Assembly (NCBI GenBank): GCA_008369845.1
Contig: MRSU01001922.1
Span: 1 to 64,000, forward strand
Direction of reading: 5' to 3'
Source of the DNA: Trichomonas gallinae
Taxonomy: Eukaryota
Length of the DNA: 64,000 bases
Shown here: piece by piece, positions 1 to 11,773 of the stretch
How positions within the stretch are numbered: position 1 is the first letter of the stretch
Layout: the number at the start of each line of letters is the position of its first letter
Translations under genes and position numbers: made by a program
The notes under the pieces: model-generated
Databases searched by the model: none
Told to the model about the DNA's origin: nothing
The model's input: only the letters and a program-made list of their open reading frames with translations

Positions 1-63
1 CCTAGTGGTTATAGCGTTCGCCTAGTAAGCGGAAGGTCGTGGGTCCGAATCCCACCAGAAGCA
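1..63 (+). tRNA. tRNA-Thr(AGT), 5' end cut off by window edge
   Basis: D-loop AGTGGTTA; anticodon stem TTCGC/GCGGA around loop CT-AGT-AA (AGT at 24-26); T-arm GTGGG-TCCGAAT-CCCAC; 3' acceptor strand CAGAAGC plus discriminator A; followed by T-runs (Pol III terminator). Confidence 0.93.
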
Positions 64-627
64 TATTTTTTCTTTTTTAACACAATAGAAAATCTTGAAT
101 GAAATATTGCATTTTTAGTCTTCATCTCTACAAATCACACTTAATTCAGCTTTTCTATTTTATATATGCTATTAGTGATGCAATTTCATAAGATGGATAA
201 AATTATCCAATTTCTAGAATATCTTCTATGATTTTGTTTTTCTAGATTCGATTTAATCTTCCTCAACTACATCCCTAACATTGTACGTTAGACAAATTGG
301 AGAAAATAAAGATGTTCGAGAATATAAAATTCAGCATTGTGTTAATAATCAGTGTCATATCATCAATGAATGTCTATATTAATAGACTTCCTATTAGATA
401 CAGATGAATTTTGAATAATACCTATTCATTCAAATTAAAAAAAAAATTGACATGTAAATTAATTACTTTTTGTATAGAAAAACAATAAAATTCATAATAT
501 TATTCTATGAAGTCAAACAAATATAATAAAATAAAAATTTCGTTTGTTTTTTTCTGCGGCTAAAAAATTTCAAAATCTGAATTGTTGTTGTATAATTATC
601 ATGGAAATTAATTAAAATTCAAAAACC

Positions 628-708
628 GTCATAAAATTGTCAGAAAAGTGTCATAAAATTTTGTCAAAAAATTGTTTTTGTCAAAAAATTGTTTTTGTCA
701 AAAATTTT
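628..708 (+). repeat. Degenerate tandem array of six GTCA+A-rich units directly upstream of the Cdc20-like ATG
   Basis: gtcataaaatt / gtcagaaaagt / gtcataaaatttt / gtcaaaaaattgttttt x2 / gtcaaaaatttt. Confidence 0.8.
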
Positions 709-1905
709 ATGATGGATTTACAGAGTTGTTTTTCTCCGACGAAATGCACGAATCAAAAGAAAGATCGTCTTTTCCCCGAGGATAGGAGCCCACAAAAGTA
801 TCTACCTTCACCAAAATTCAAAAAGCGCGGCCCAAAGTATAATACAGATCTTTACGAATCTATTATAAATCAAAACAATCCTGATCAAGTTTTTATAAAA
901 TCATCGCCTATAAGGTCAATAGCGAGCCCATCTCTACTGTCAAAACAAGAATTTCTCACAGAATCTAAAGTACATCCGATAATAACGTTTAATATGCCAT
1001 CTATTTCTTCTGATTTCTACGTACATCCTATAGATTGGTCGAAGAAAAACCAGATATGTGTGTCAATGGATAATGTTATCTATTTCTTTTCATCAAATTG
1101 CAAAAATCCAAAGCAAATAATCACAAATATTGAATTAGCATCATCATGCGGGTATAGTGTTGATGGAGATAGCGTGATAATTGGTACCAGATATGGAATT
1201 CTCTACAATGTTGATATAAAAACATTTCAAATCGACTCTGTTCTTGGTGTTTCCGATAATACAATTTCTGTCATCAAGAATACTGGAAATAATACGCTTG
1301 TTGGTGACCATGATGGATTAGTTTTAAGGTTTGATCAAAGATGTCCTTCACAAATGGATGCAATCACTGCGCACGAGTCAGAAGTGTGTAATATATCAGT
1401 TAATCCAAACGGTATCCACTTTGCAACAGGAAGTAACGAAAATACAGTGAAAATTTGGGATTTTAGGAATCTTTGCCAGCCTTATTCTTGTTATTACGAG
1501 CACTCGGCTGCTGTCCGTGCCATAGCATTTTCACCTGTCAATGAAAATATGATAGTTACCGGTGGAGGAACAACAGATAAATCTATAAGAATTTGGGATA
1601 TCAATAGTTGCCAAACAGCTCGCTACATACAGACTGGCAGCCAGGTTTGCAACCTAATATGGAACGAACAATATGATACAATTTTTTCAACACACGGATT
1701 TTGCCAAAATTCGATTTGTCTTTGGTCACCACAGCTTAAAATGATTAGCAGCATCAGAAAACACAAAAATAGAGTTCTTTACGCATGTCCATCACCCGAA
1801 TCTACTCATATTTTGACTGGTGCACCTTCCGATAAAGTATATATCTGGAAAATTTTCCCTAAACCAGATTCTCTTTCAGTTAAGCAGATGTTTTCACTTA
1901 GATAA
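709..1905 (+). CDS. Cdc20/Fizzy-family WD40 APC/C co-activator
   Basis: C-box-like DRLFP, SSDFY..IDWS, HESEVCNI..N..G.HFATGSNEN, H.AAVRAIAFSP, GGGTTDKSIRIWD, TGSQVCNLIW, HKNRVLY, C-terminal LR tail. The ORF track start (TTG 637) runs through the repeat; first ATG is 709. Confidence 0.9.
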   Translation: MMDLQSCFSPTKCTNQKKDRLFPEDRSPQKYLPSPKFKKRGPKYNTDLYESIINQNNPDQVFIKSSPIRSIASPSLLSKQEFLTESKVHPIITFNMPSISSDFYVHPIDWSKKNQICVSMDNVIYFFSSNCKNPKQIITNIELASSCGYSVDGDSVIIGTRYGILYNVDIKTFQIDSVLGVSDNTISVIKNTGNNTLVGDHDGLVLRFDQRCPSQMDAITAHESEVCNISVNPNGIHFATGSNENTVKIWDFRNLCQPYSCYYEHSAAVRAIAFSPVNENMIVTGGGTTDKSIRIWDINSCQTARYIQTGSQVCNLIWNEQYDTIFSTHGFCQNSICLWSPQLKMISSIRKHKNRVLYACPSPESTHILTGAPSDKVYIWKIFPKPDSLSVKQMFSLR

Positions 1906-3009
1906 ATTTTTGTTTGTATTTTTTTTTAATATAGCCAATTTTTATACTTTAGCACAATATATCTCAGACATACAATCATACTTAATCTATTTATGACACA
2001 AATATTGATTATTCATTCGTTGATATACAAAATTTCTCATGATAACTTGATTTCGCAATTTGATTATATGGGTTGATCATTTACATGTATAACGAGAGTC
2101 TTTAATGGTTACATCATATTTAATTTCCTTTATATATATTTCCATTTAAAAACATTAAATATCCGAACTTTATGACTTGAACATCCAATTGGGGCAGATT
2201 TCCAATTTTGACTCACTTCCAAACAACACAAAATTCCAATCTTGATCCATTCAATTTTTCAAGCTTGCTCATATGCAGGAACGCCGTTTGAGTAATTGAA
2301 TGGAACAAGATTGGCGAATTTCAGTAAGACTTTTGAGAAAATTGTGCTTCGCTAATTTGTAGGACAAACGATTATTTTCAATTCAAATATAAGGCAAAAA
2401 TATTCATACATCCAATAATATCAGTTTTTAAACATTTTATATTGCTTCCAGTCCCATAATACTTCCAAAAACTGATAAATACTCGGCCGATTATCGATTT
2501 TAAACTTTTTCTTTTGATGTCTTTTTGTTGCTGTTGCTGACATCTATTCCATGTACTATGAGAAATAGTTTGACATTTCATGCTGATAATAATGAAGCAT
2601 AAGTCAAAACTTTATTAACATCAAAGCAGAGGTATTTTCATACTTGATTCTTACGGATCTATTAATTTGTTCACATGGCCGATATTCAATTCAAAATTAT
2701 TGTATATAAAGATGGAATGATTTCTATGAAAACAATTATCTATTATCTGAAACTTAGATTATATTTCGTTTATTTCGTTTGCATATATAATAGTACTTGA
2801 TCTTTTTTCAATACATCATTTTTGGGGGTTATGATGAATAAAATGATAATTGTCACAAATTGCATGTTTTTAAACAATTAACATCATATATAAGTTATGC
2901 CATTGATTTTAAACATTTGATATATGTTAAACAAAAAATAAAGTCTGTATTATAATACTTCATTTCCCATTTTAAAAATCTGGGAAATAGACTTCATGAA
3001 ATTTTTGCG

Positions 3010-3360
3010 TTAAAAAATATTATCATCTTGGAAATTTGCTAGCTGACTATCTTGATCAAACAGCAAAGTTAAGGCATTTTCATTTGATATAAAGTCGATT
3101 GCATCAATTGGATCGAAATCTTCAAAGATGTTTTCGCATGAATCTGATTGATCAGGCTTGCATACTTGTGGTATTGGCACAGCTTGCTTCGCTGTAATAA
3201 TTTTTAGTTTTGTGAACGATTTTTTATAATCCTTTTGTTTCCTCGGTAGCTTACGTCCAAATTTGCGAACAAACATGCCTTTTTCATCGCACTCGGTTAT
3301 TTTATTTGAGTCCAGCACGAAGCATACGAATCTTGGGTGGTCCTTTTTGGAGGAATACAT
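3010..3360 (-). CDS. Small hypothetical protein (116 aa), basic N-half and acidic/aromatic C-half
   Basis: ATG at 3360 (MYSSKKDHPRFVCFV) marks the switch from AT-rich to coding-like composition; TAA stop. Confidence 0.7.
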   Translation of the reverse strand: MYSSKKDHPRFVCFVLDSNKITECDEKGMFVRKFGRKLPRKQKDYKKSFTKLKIITAKQAVPIPQVCKPDQSDSCENIFEDFDPIDAIDFISNENALTLLFDQDSQLANFQDDNIF

Positions 3361-4746
3361 TAATGTAAATTTGAATATTGAACCAAAAAAAGTGAAAATA
3401 TAATGATAACATTTAAAAGGACAGTTCAAAAATGTCAAAAAAAAAACTTGACTACTCCGAAACCCCATGAGTGTAATGATTATGGCATTGAACAAGATAT
3501 TTTCTACATAAATTCAAACAAAAAAAATATTTTGACAATTAAAATTTGACTTATTTTTTAAAAAAAAAAATAATAACCGTTTATTAATGTACAATTTTCT
3601 TGTTCTTTCAATTTTTTTTTTTCTCTTTATTATATGATAGTGTACGCCACCAATAGCATGATATAACTGTAACGATGTAAAATTATCGAAAAATATCATG
3701 TTTAAACACGAATATGAAAGATATGAGATTTAGAATAAATTTTATTTTAATTCATATACGTAATACTATATAAATGATATCAATATGATAATGTACTACT
3801 TCATTTGGCTTGATTCTATGTTTCTTTCATTGTTGAATCATTATTCTTATCTATATATAAATAAAACCAGAAAAATACTCTTGACATGTAAATTTTAATC
3901 GTTATCGTCGCTGACATGTAACGCTATCAAAAAGTGGGAAATTTAAAGGCTGTTTTACTAACCTTATAATTAAAAGTTGCTTCATTTTATGGTCATCACG
4001 AAGCCATCAAAAATCACTTTCTGTGTTAAGGTGTAACGTTGCAGATGAAATCAACACAAACAAATATTTTTCTTATGTTTAAGAAAATAAAAACATATGG
4101 AAATTATTTTAAATTGCTATGACATGATATAAATGCGTTGATGCGTTTTTGTTTGATCAGATACAAATTGAATAGATAAGGAAATAATTCTATGAATTGA
4201 TTCAAAAATTCTTGTTGATAGTCTAGCATTTATCATGGCTATGCATCAAGAATTTTCGATAAAATTTGTGTCATATAAAAATAGAAATTCGTAAAAAGAT
4301 AATGATGTGATTTATTGATTTCTAGCAACAATATATTATGATATGAAAAAGAAATAAAACATATCCGAAAAAATCAGATAATGAAATAAACTTTGATATA
4401 TTAATGTATGATAAGAATAGAAATAGATTTTACGCATTTCTTGTTTAAAAAATTGTTAATAAAATTTATGCAGAAATATCATAGAGCTCATGATGATGGA
4501 AAATGTCGGGTGTTGGCGAAGAGGAATTTTCATTTCATTTTATTTAAGATTTTGAGTGCGCAACGTTATTTTTTCTGAATAAACAAAAAAAATTGATAAA
4601 ACTCAGTTAAAATATTGATATATACGGAAGTCTTCTCAAATAACGTCGCCTATTCAAAAAGCATTGTGATATAATCATCTATTAGCATGCATAGCTATTT
4701 TTTGCAACAGAAAACTATAAAATCTGTAATTTTTCATTTTGAGAAA

Positions 4747-6480
4747 ATGCTGTTTTCTCTTTTCAGCTTTGCTATTTCAGATCTGAAAACATGCAGAACT
4801 TTTCAATCGAAAAGCTTTGCAGCAGATGCTAAAGAGTTATGCTTAGAAGGAAGCTATGCTGTTCTTTCAGATAAAACTTTTACAATTGAAACATTCAATT
4901 CAACTAAAAAAGTCAAATATTATTGGCCAGATACCGTAGGTGTATTCAATATCTATGACGAAACTTTGGATATTGCCAAAAAGCGAACAAGTGTTACATG
5001 TGACGATGATAAAACCTGTTCTTTCAGCGTTGTCATGATAGACGGTTCGACAAAAGAAGTCGAACATATACTTGCTATCCCTCCAGTTTCATTGGAAATC
5101 GTAATCGATCCTTTAAGAAATAAAAAGCAAAAAATGACAGCCATCAAAGGCTTTGCCAAAGCAAGAATTTCCAGTTCTTCAGTAGCCTATGTTAGTCAAT
5201 CCATAAAAATTACTGGGGAACAACAAGAAATCTATGTAAGAAATTTCGTTAAAACATTTACGACGTTACTCGATGACAAAAAAGGCTATGACTTCTATTC
5301 AGCTGAGTTCTATCCAAATGAGAAGTATAATGATAGAGATCAAAGTTTATTTGTTCAACTTTCTATGCAAAATACGGGAAATAATGGATACAAAGACCAT
5401 GCAAAGACTATTCCACAACAATTTGGCGCATTCGATGTCATGAATGAGTTAAATGACATTCAAATTCCTCCTACCTATCTTCAACCAGATGAAACTGAAT
5501 CATGTGATGAAAATGAAGAAAAATGCAAGAAAGCCAAAGAAGTTTACAAGAAATACTTCGGTGATTGCGATATAATCAGAGGTCCACACGATGAGTTCGA
5601 ATTTGTTCAATATAAATTGGGCAGAAAGAAGCTTTGCATGCAGTCAGGAGCACTGATCCATGCCGATAATAACTTTACAGTCGACTTAAGATACACTGAT
5701 GAAAATACAGAAGGAAAGATGTTCTATGAGATAGAATATGATAAGCAGAAGAAATTTGGCAACCCAACTTACATACCTGAACGGAATGCAATTATGGCCA
5801 TTAGATGCGACTTCTGTGAATTGGTAACAATTGGATTATTCGAAAAAGAAAAGCACGCTTTAATGGTCATCAATGCTGAGCCGAACTTTTCTATTGAACC
5901 AGACTATTATGGTACAGAATCTTTCAACTTCGCTTTCTGGTCCAAGAAAGAACTTGGCACTAGAATGGGTATCTCAGAAAAAAGCAAGATGCGAATGATA
6001 ACGAATGGTGTTCTTAATAATAAAGAAACACTTCAGAGAAAATTTATTGGCCATTCTTTGCATGTTTCAGTTGTCAAAGGCGATACAAACTACAAAGGAG
6101 TAATCGATTTCTTCAATACGACTGATTTATTTTATTTCATTTCCGAAAGAGTAAGAAAACCACTGGAATGGGCTGACAGACTTATTCCGACATTTATTGG
6201 AAGGATTCCAAATAACACTCAAGCCCTAGCTTATTCCATGAGAGATCTAGCTGGTGAATTTGAAAAACCAGGTTCATATGATCCTGAGAAAAGTTCTGTT
6301 AACACCATTCCAAAGATCGCCGATGATAAAGATAAATCAAACGTTGGATTAATTGTCGGTGTTGTTATTGGAGTATTGATAGTCATTGCAATTATTGTTG
6401 TAGTGATTGTTTTCATACTAAAGAAGAAGAAAGCTGATGAAACATCTTCAAGCAGCAGCAGTAAAAAGGAAGAAAAATAA
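4747..6480 (+). CDS. Type I membrane/surface protein of unknown function
   Basis: Inr TCATTT at 4734; signal-like MLFSLFSFAIS; C-terminal TM helix VGLIVGVVIGVLIVIAIIVVVIVFIL followed by KKKK and a Ser-rich tail. Confidence 0.85.
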   Translation: MLFSLFSFAISDLKTCRTFQSKSFAADAKELCLEGSYAVLSDKTFTIETFNSTKKVKYYWPDTVGVFNIYDETLDIAKKRTSVTCDDDKTCSFSVVMIDGSTKEVEHILAIPPVSLEIVIDPLRNKKQKMTAIKGFAKARISSSSVAYVSQSIKITGEQQEIYVRNFVKTFTTLLDDKKGYDFYSAEFYPNEKYNDRDQSLFVQLSMQNTGNNGYKDHAKTIPQQFGAFDVMNELNDIQIPPTYLQPDETESCDENEEKCKKAKEVYKKYFGDCDIIRGPHDEFEFVQYKLGRKKLCMQSGALIHADNNFTVDLRYTDENTEGKMFYEIEYDKQKKFGNPTYIPERNAIMAIRCDFCELVTIGLFEKEKHALMVINAEPNFSIEPDYYGTESFNFAFWSKKELGTRMGISEKSKMRMITNGVLNNKETLQRKFIGHSLHVSVVKGDTNYKGVIDFFNTTDLFYFISERVRKPLEWADRLIPTFIGRIPNNTQALAYSMRDLAGEFEKPGSYDPEKSSVNTIPKIADDKDKSNVGLIVGVVIGVLIVIAIIVVVIVFILKKKKADETSSSSSSKKEEK

Positions 6481-6662
6481 ACAATCATAATTTTGAAAAA
6501 TAATTAATAAAGTGAATGTAATTTCATTATATGACAATGTTAATCAGTATAATTGAACATTGTGTGTATCATTGAACTTTAATATGATCATCATGATGAG
6601 TATTTATTTATGAGTAAAAATCTACCCAAAGAAAGAATTCAATTATTAAAAAAACAAACAAT

Positions 6663-9600
6663 TTATTGGATTTCGTGACAAAGCTGGATAATCTTTGTCA
6701 TGTCAGCTTCATACATTTCTCTTGGAGTTGCATTATTCATTGAATCTCTTGCTGTTCTGTCCAAAATGATAGTAGTCCATTGCACAAGCATTGGAATAGA
6801 ATCAGGAGGTAAAACAAAGTCCTCGAAAAGAGGACCGATCTCGTATTCTGGCTTCTTCATGCTCACTGTAACTCTGAAGAAGTCAGAGTCTTTAAGCGGA
6901 AAAACTATAACATGAGCATCATTGAATTGGCTCGTGATTGTTGTCACGTCATAAGAAAAAGTATCTTCAGCCCATACGATGTGAATGTTGTCATTTCCAA
7001 TGTGCCTCTTCTTGTAGATCTGTTGCTTGTCGCTATGATCTGTTGGCATCAAAGGTGCAGTGTGTAAAAATAATTCAAAACGAGGCGTTCCATAGTAAAT
7101 GTGATATCTTCCATTTGTAAGATTTGTGACATCAAGTTTTCCTTGGAATCCACAGTGTTTCGACAAGTCAACCAATTCACCAAGACTCAATGCAAAGCTT
7201 CTGAACTCTTTTGAAGTTTCGGGCCAACTTACAGTAAAAATCTCGTTTTGCTTCGCGTTGCCTTTGACGTAGATCAATCCAGCTTTTATGTTTTCTCTTG
7301 GCGATAAACTAATTGTTCTGTCAACAGCAATCTCAAGCAAATTCTCAGGCTTAATTGATAAATAGTCATCGCCATACAAAGCAGTGAAGAACGATTTTGT
7401 TGGATCATTTGGATGGAAAACTTCACTCGAATAACGATGTTCAACATTTCTAGGCGAAGTGACTGGAATTGGCTTTGTATCGCAGTCGAAGTTAAACATC
7501 TCTGGAGTGAATTCAGGCATTGCTTTGGAGTCAACAAGATCGTCAACCATTTTATTGAAGTTAATAGAAAATTCTGATTCAATAGATTCCGCATGATCGA
7601 TTTGCGACTTTTCTATCATAGTTTTTTCTTTGTTCTTCGGCTCTTTTGGCATTGTAACTTTATGTGTTGATCTCGAGAAGAATGTTTTCGTTAAAATTGT
7701 CAACTCATTGCCTTCATTCTTCAATTTATGCAATGTGTCATCATTTGTCACGTAAATCATGTCGGATTTAAATTGATAATTCGTTTCACTGATGACTGAT
7801 TGCTTGTAGAACTTGAATTCATGCATCTTCTTTATTACAATTTCATTATCATTCAATAATTCAAACACTTCGTTGATGTATTTGTCTTCTTGTGTTTTGA
7901 CAGAAATATCAATCAAAACGTCCAACAAAATTTGGAACATGAATTTGTTTAAGTGTTTCGTTGTGATAATATCTTTAAGCAAAGGGCAGAATACGTGCGA
8001 AAAATCAGGAAAGCTTTCCTGTATGAAAATGATATACTCAGAGAAAATCGTGAATAAGCGAAGCCCATGGTTAGTAATTTCGTCTGTCCTTGAGAAAAAC
8101 TCTGTCAAAATTTTCGTAATTTCGACATTGAAAGAATTTCGTTTTCCATGTAGAACAAGCAAAACAATAACAGCGCTTATCGAAATATGATCTCTTGGGA
8201 TTTTGGGTAATACATATCCTATCACTTTAATGACTTTTTCTTCGATTTTTTGGTTGTTAAGTTTCCTCGTTGTATATCCGTAAATTGACAATGTGATTTG
8301 TATATTTCTCCGAACATCTTTGATTGATTTCATGCAGGCATCCAAGATTAAATCAAACAAATTTATTGTCTTGTTGATCATTCTCGTCATAGCTACCATT
8401 GATCCTTCGATTCCTTGAGAAATAATATCTTCATTATTGCTTTTAAGAGCTTTTTCAGTCATATCGATGAAAGCGTCTTGAATTTCCGGATTGATTGGAG
8501 CATTCATACTAATAATGCACAAAGCTGTTTTGTATGTAGGCAAGAACTTATTTTGATTGCGTTGTGTTGGGAAATATTGTAAAATTAGTTTCGAATTATC
8601 AGTAAATTTGACGACTTCGGTTATATTTTGATATAAAGTTGTAGTAATATGAACGATGTGATAAATTAAGTCTTCTCTGTAGTCAGGATAAGCATCTATA
8701 ACAATCTTGAAATCATTTGTTATTGCTTCTACGCTTTTCGATTTAGTTTTTAGTTCATTGCATGTAGATATGATTTTGTCATCAAAAACTTGTCTGTAAA
8801 AGTCAACTGGTCTTACATATAATGACTCTAGATTAGATCTGATATGTGCACGAATACCTGTCAATCCTGTCCTCTTTATTGTATTTTGCCATGTCTTTGA
8901 TGCTTCTGTCAAGTTGTCTAGACTCAAATTCATGAATAAAGGAGTATAGCATACTACCATGAAGCCGAGAAACGATTGGATTATGTTTATTTCAAAGCCA
9001 TCGAAATTCAGTTTTGATAATGCGTTGTTGTTGAAGTATGTAGACAGGATGAAATACTTAAGGAAATCTGTGTTTTTGAGCTCTTCTATTTCAGATAATT
9101 TCTTGATAACCATTGTATAATAATTCCTTCCTTTTTCGTTGTAAAATGTCATAATGAAATTCAAAATGTTAACAAGTGAAGCAACACCGCGTCTTACTGA
9201 TACTGTTGGTTGAATGAAATCATTAATAAATCGTTTAATTTGAGTCAAGATTATTTCGATTACGAAATTTATCGCGTGTAAATCATTGGATATTGAATCT
9301 AGTAATGATTCTGTATATGTTTCTGCTTCTGTAGATGCAAAATTCGTGTTGTATGACGACATTGTTAACGAATTTTGTGTTTCATCGAGTAAATTTGTAT
9401 CTAATCTAAATATTGAATATAGAAGTGAATCTATCATTATTGACTGTAATTTAGTATCATCTGTCTGTAAAAATGGAGGAAATTGAAATTGATTTTCAGG
9501 AGAAGACCATAATTTCAGGTAAGTTGCGTTAATATTGGTTTGAGAAATGCAAACAGTGACTTTTTCGAATGATGTTTTAAGCTTTTGCCCTAGATTTGTT

Positions 9601-9998
9601 AATTGAATAATCGAATACCAGAATAAATAGAAGATATTTTCATCGGAATTCAGCTTTTGTGAAAGTTTCTTGTCTGAATCTGGTATTAAATTGGCGTAAT
9701 ACTCAAAGATTTTTGTCCAATCTTTTGGATTCGTAGTAATAGAAAAAGAATGCATCGCTGTTAATAGAATATCAAATGATATCCCCTGAATATATGTATC
9801 TTTCTCGGATAATATTTTGATTTTCTCGAAGAAATTAAAAAGATTTTGTAATTCATCATTATCAACTGGAGCATCTTCTAAAACAGACAAGTTCTTTGAA
9901 AGATCTTTCAACATTATCGTGAATTTCTCAGCATTTCGTTGTCCCTTCGATTCAAATTCGTTTTCGAATTCAGCGATAAGATCATTCAAAAAACCCAT
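6663..9998 (-). CDS. Rap/Ran-GAP domain protein (tuberin/RalGAP-alpha-like architecture)
   Basis: Long helical N-terminus; C-terminal RapGAP motifs IKAGLIYV, F.GKLD, FLHTAPLMP, KKRHIGNDNIHIVW (Asn thumb present), ITSQFND; first ATG at 9998. Confidence 0.9.
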   Translation of the reverse strand: MGFLNDLIAEFENEFESKGQRNAEKFTIMLKDLSKNLSVLEDAPVDNDELQNLFNFFEKIKILSEKDTYIQGISFDILLTAMHSFSITTNPKDWTKIFEYYANLIPDSDKKLSQKLNSDENIFYLFWYSIIQLTNLGQKLKTSFEKVTVCISQTNINATYLKLWSSPENQFQFPPFLQTDDTKLQSIMIDSLLYSIFRLDTNLLDETQNSLTMSSYNTNFASTEAETYTESLLDSISNDLHAINFVIEIILTQIKRFINDFIQPTVSVRRGVASLVNILNFIMTFYNEKGRNYYTMVIKKLSEIEELKNTDFLKYFILSTYFNNNALSKLNFDGFEINIIQSFLGFMVVCYTPLFMNLSLDNLTEASKTWQNTIKRTGLTGIRAHIRSNLESLYVRPVDFYRQVFDDKIISTCNELKTKSKSVEAITNDFKIVIDAYPDYREDLIYHIVHITTTLYQNITEVVKFTDNSKLILQYFPTQRNQNKFLPTYKTALCIISMNAPINPEIQDAFIDMTEKALKSNNEDIISQGIEGSMVAMTRMINKTINLFDLILDACMKSIKDVRRNIQITLSIYGYTTRKLNNQKIEEKVIKVIGYVLPKIPRDHISISAVIVLLVLHGKRNSFNVEITKILTEFFSRTDEITNHGLRLFTIFSEYIIFIQESFPDFSHVFCPLLKDIITTKHLNKFMFQILLDVLIDISVKTQEDKYINEVFELLNDNEIVIKKMHEFKFYKQSVISETNYQFKSDMIYVTNDDTLHKLKNEGNELTILTKTFFSRSTHKVTMPKEPKNKEKTMIEKSQIDHAESIESEFSINFNKMVDDLVDSKAMPEFTPEMFNFDCDTKPIPVTSPRNVEHRYSSEVFHPNDPTKSFFTALYGDDYLSIKPENLLEIAVDRTISLSPRENIKAGLIYVKGNAKQNEIFTVSWPETSKEFRSFALSLGELVDLSKHCGFQGKLDVTNLTNGRYHIYYGTPRFELFLHTAPLMPTDHSDKQQIYKKRHIGNDNIHIVWAEDTFSYDVTTITSQFNDAHVIVFPLKDSDFFRVTVSMKKPEYEIGPLFEDFVLPPDSIPMLVQWTTIILDRTARDSMNNATPREMYEADMTKIIQLCHEIQ

Positions 9999-11773
9999 AT
10001 GCAATCTGATTCTATTTGACACTTACACAATATAGAGCTTATTCCATGTATAGTTTTGTATCTAAACCAATAAAAAAATGAATTTTATATTTTTGATCTA
10101 ATAAATATTATTGGAAAGCCAGATTAATCATTATCAAGTATTAGATATGGCTATTCTCTGAATATATAACGAATTTGAGCCTAAAATTCAGATTATTTTT
10201 GACATTTCATATTAAAATGATACGGAACCCACAAATTTTATGGATGTTTTAAGATTATAAACATTATTTTATCAGAATAGCAAATATAAAACCTTTTAAA
10301 ATTCGAAGTTTTTAAATAAAAAAATCAAAAATTCTAATTTTTCATATCATTTTTGTTATTTTTATCTGATCCATTATGAAGATGATAAATCAGACTCTCG
10401 AAAATGAAAGCTCTAATTAGTGTTTCCATCTTTAAATGCCCTAAAAAACTTCAATTATAAGTTTATTTTAATCATATTTTAATTTTTCATTTTTGAATGA
10501 TTTCGATTCTTATTTTTTTGATGTTGGAATTCCAGAATCTCCATACGAACAGCTATATATAGTTAAGTGTACTACTTTGATCACTAATTGTTGCGATGAC
10601 ATCAATAAACATCATTCAAAATGTATATATTTGCATTTCGATGCCAACAAAATACGTTTCCTGTAGATCAATCAATATTAATTGCCAAAAAGAGGGCTTA
10701 CAGGCCAGTAGAAAAGCTTTGTCGATTTGTTAAGCTGTCATTTTCGTCGGGCAGAACGCTGCGGTTAATATTAAATCGGTAGGCTATATATACTATTGTG
10801 TTAATTACATGAAATTCCAACTTTTTGTAAAATTTAATGTCGTGAACAAAAATATAACTCCCAAAACAGTATAAATCATATTTATATGGGTTTATATAGT
10901 GGAGATTATTCAAAAAATTCATAAAAACCTTTAACTGTATTGAAAAATATAGTAACTTAATATGACCAATTATATTTCAATTATTCCGTGCAATAAAAAA
11001 ATTAAATACACTCAGAAAAATTCGATTATGCGTCACTTTTCATTTATTATTTGTATAAATTGAACATTATTCAGAATCGATTATATATCAATAATTATAA
11101 TGTACGATATCTTAATTAACAATTATTTCAGTGGAATGTAAAAAAACGTTATTTTAAAGTTACGGAAGTATATTTATTTACTATAAAATAAACATGATAT
11201 TTTCTTTAGATTTTTCAATCTAAAATTGAATGCTGAATAAAACAATTCAATATCATTATTTAATCGTTAGGTTTTCAAAATGCATAAACTTGTATTATTA
11301 TAGGAACCATGATTTTCAAGATATTTAAAAATTTCTGAATTTTATTTTTTGAATTGCCGTGAATATTCAATTTTTTCACGTTGCATTTTATCTAATCATA
11401 ATATATAGATCAAATTTATTTTTGGCGGCATTTGTTGATTATTTTTCCTTCAATTTTCTCGAAATTTTTTTTTTGTGTCATGATTTTCAAATTTAATCTG
11501 ATATTCGGTTATTATGATATATGGCATTTATATATTTAATGATCAAATCCGTCCATAATTTTTTTAACTTAAATGACCTTATTATGATATTTAATATCAT
11601 AAACATGTTGTTTTTTCTGAATAAAAATCGATTTTTTTAGACAAAAAAAGAAAAGTTAAAAATCTCCATAATTAATTTAAATATAGCGAACTTTGATCGA
11701 ATATATGCAATAAATAGGTGATAAAGGACTGATAAATATGACCAAAACAGTGATTTTCCGATTTGGTTTTTTT

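Noticed and set aside
2200..2340. Minus-strand fragment VLFGSESKLEICPNWMF resembling a BspA repeat
   Set aside because: Too short and degenerate to support as a feature without a profile search
4490..4579. Possible C/D snoRNA (ATGATGA ... CTGA)
   Set aside because: No terminal stem or recognisable rRNA-complementary guide; such boxes are common by chance in AT-rich DNA
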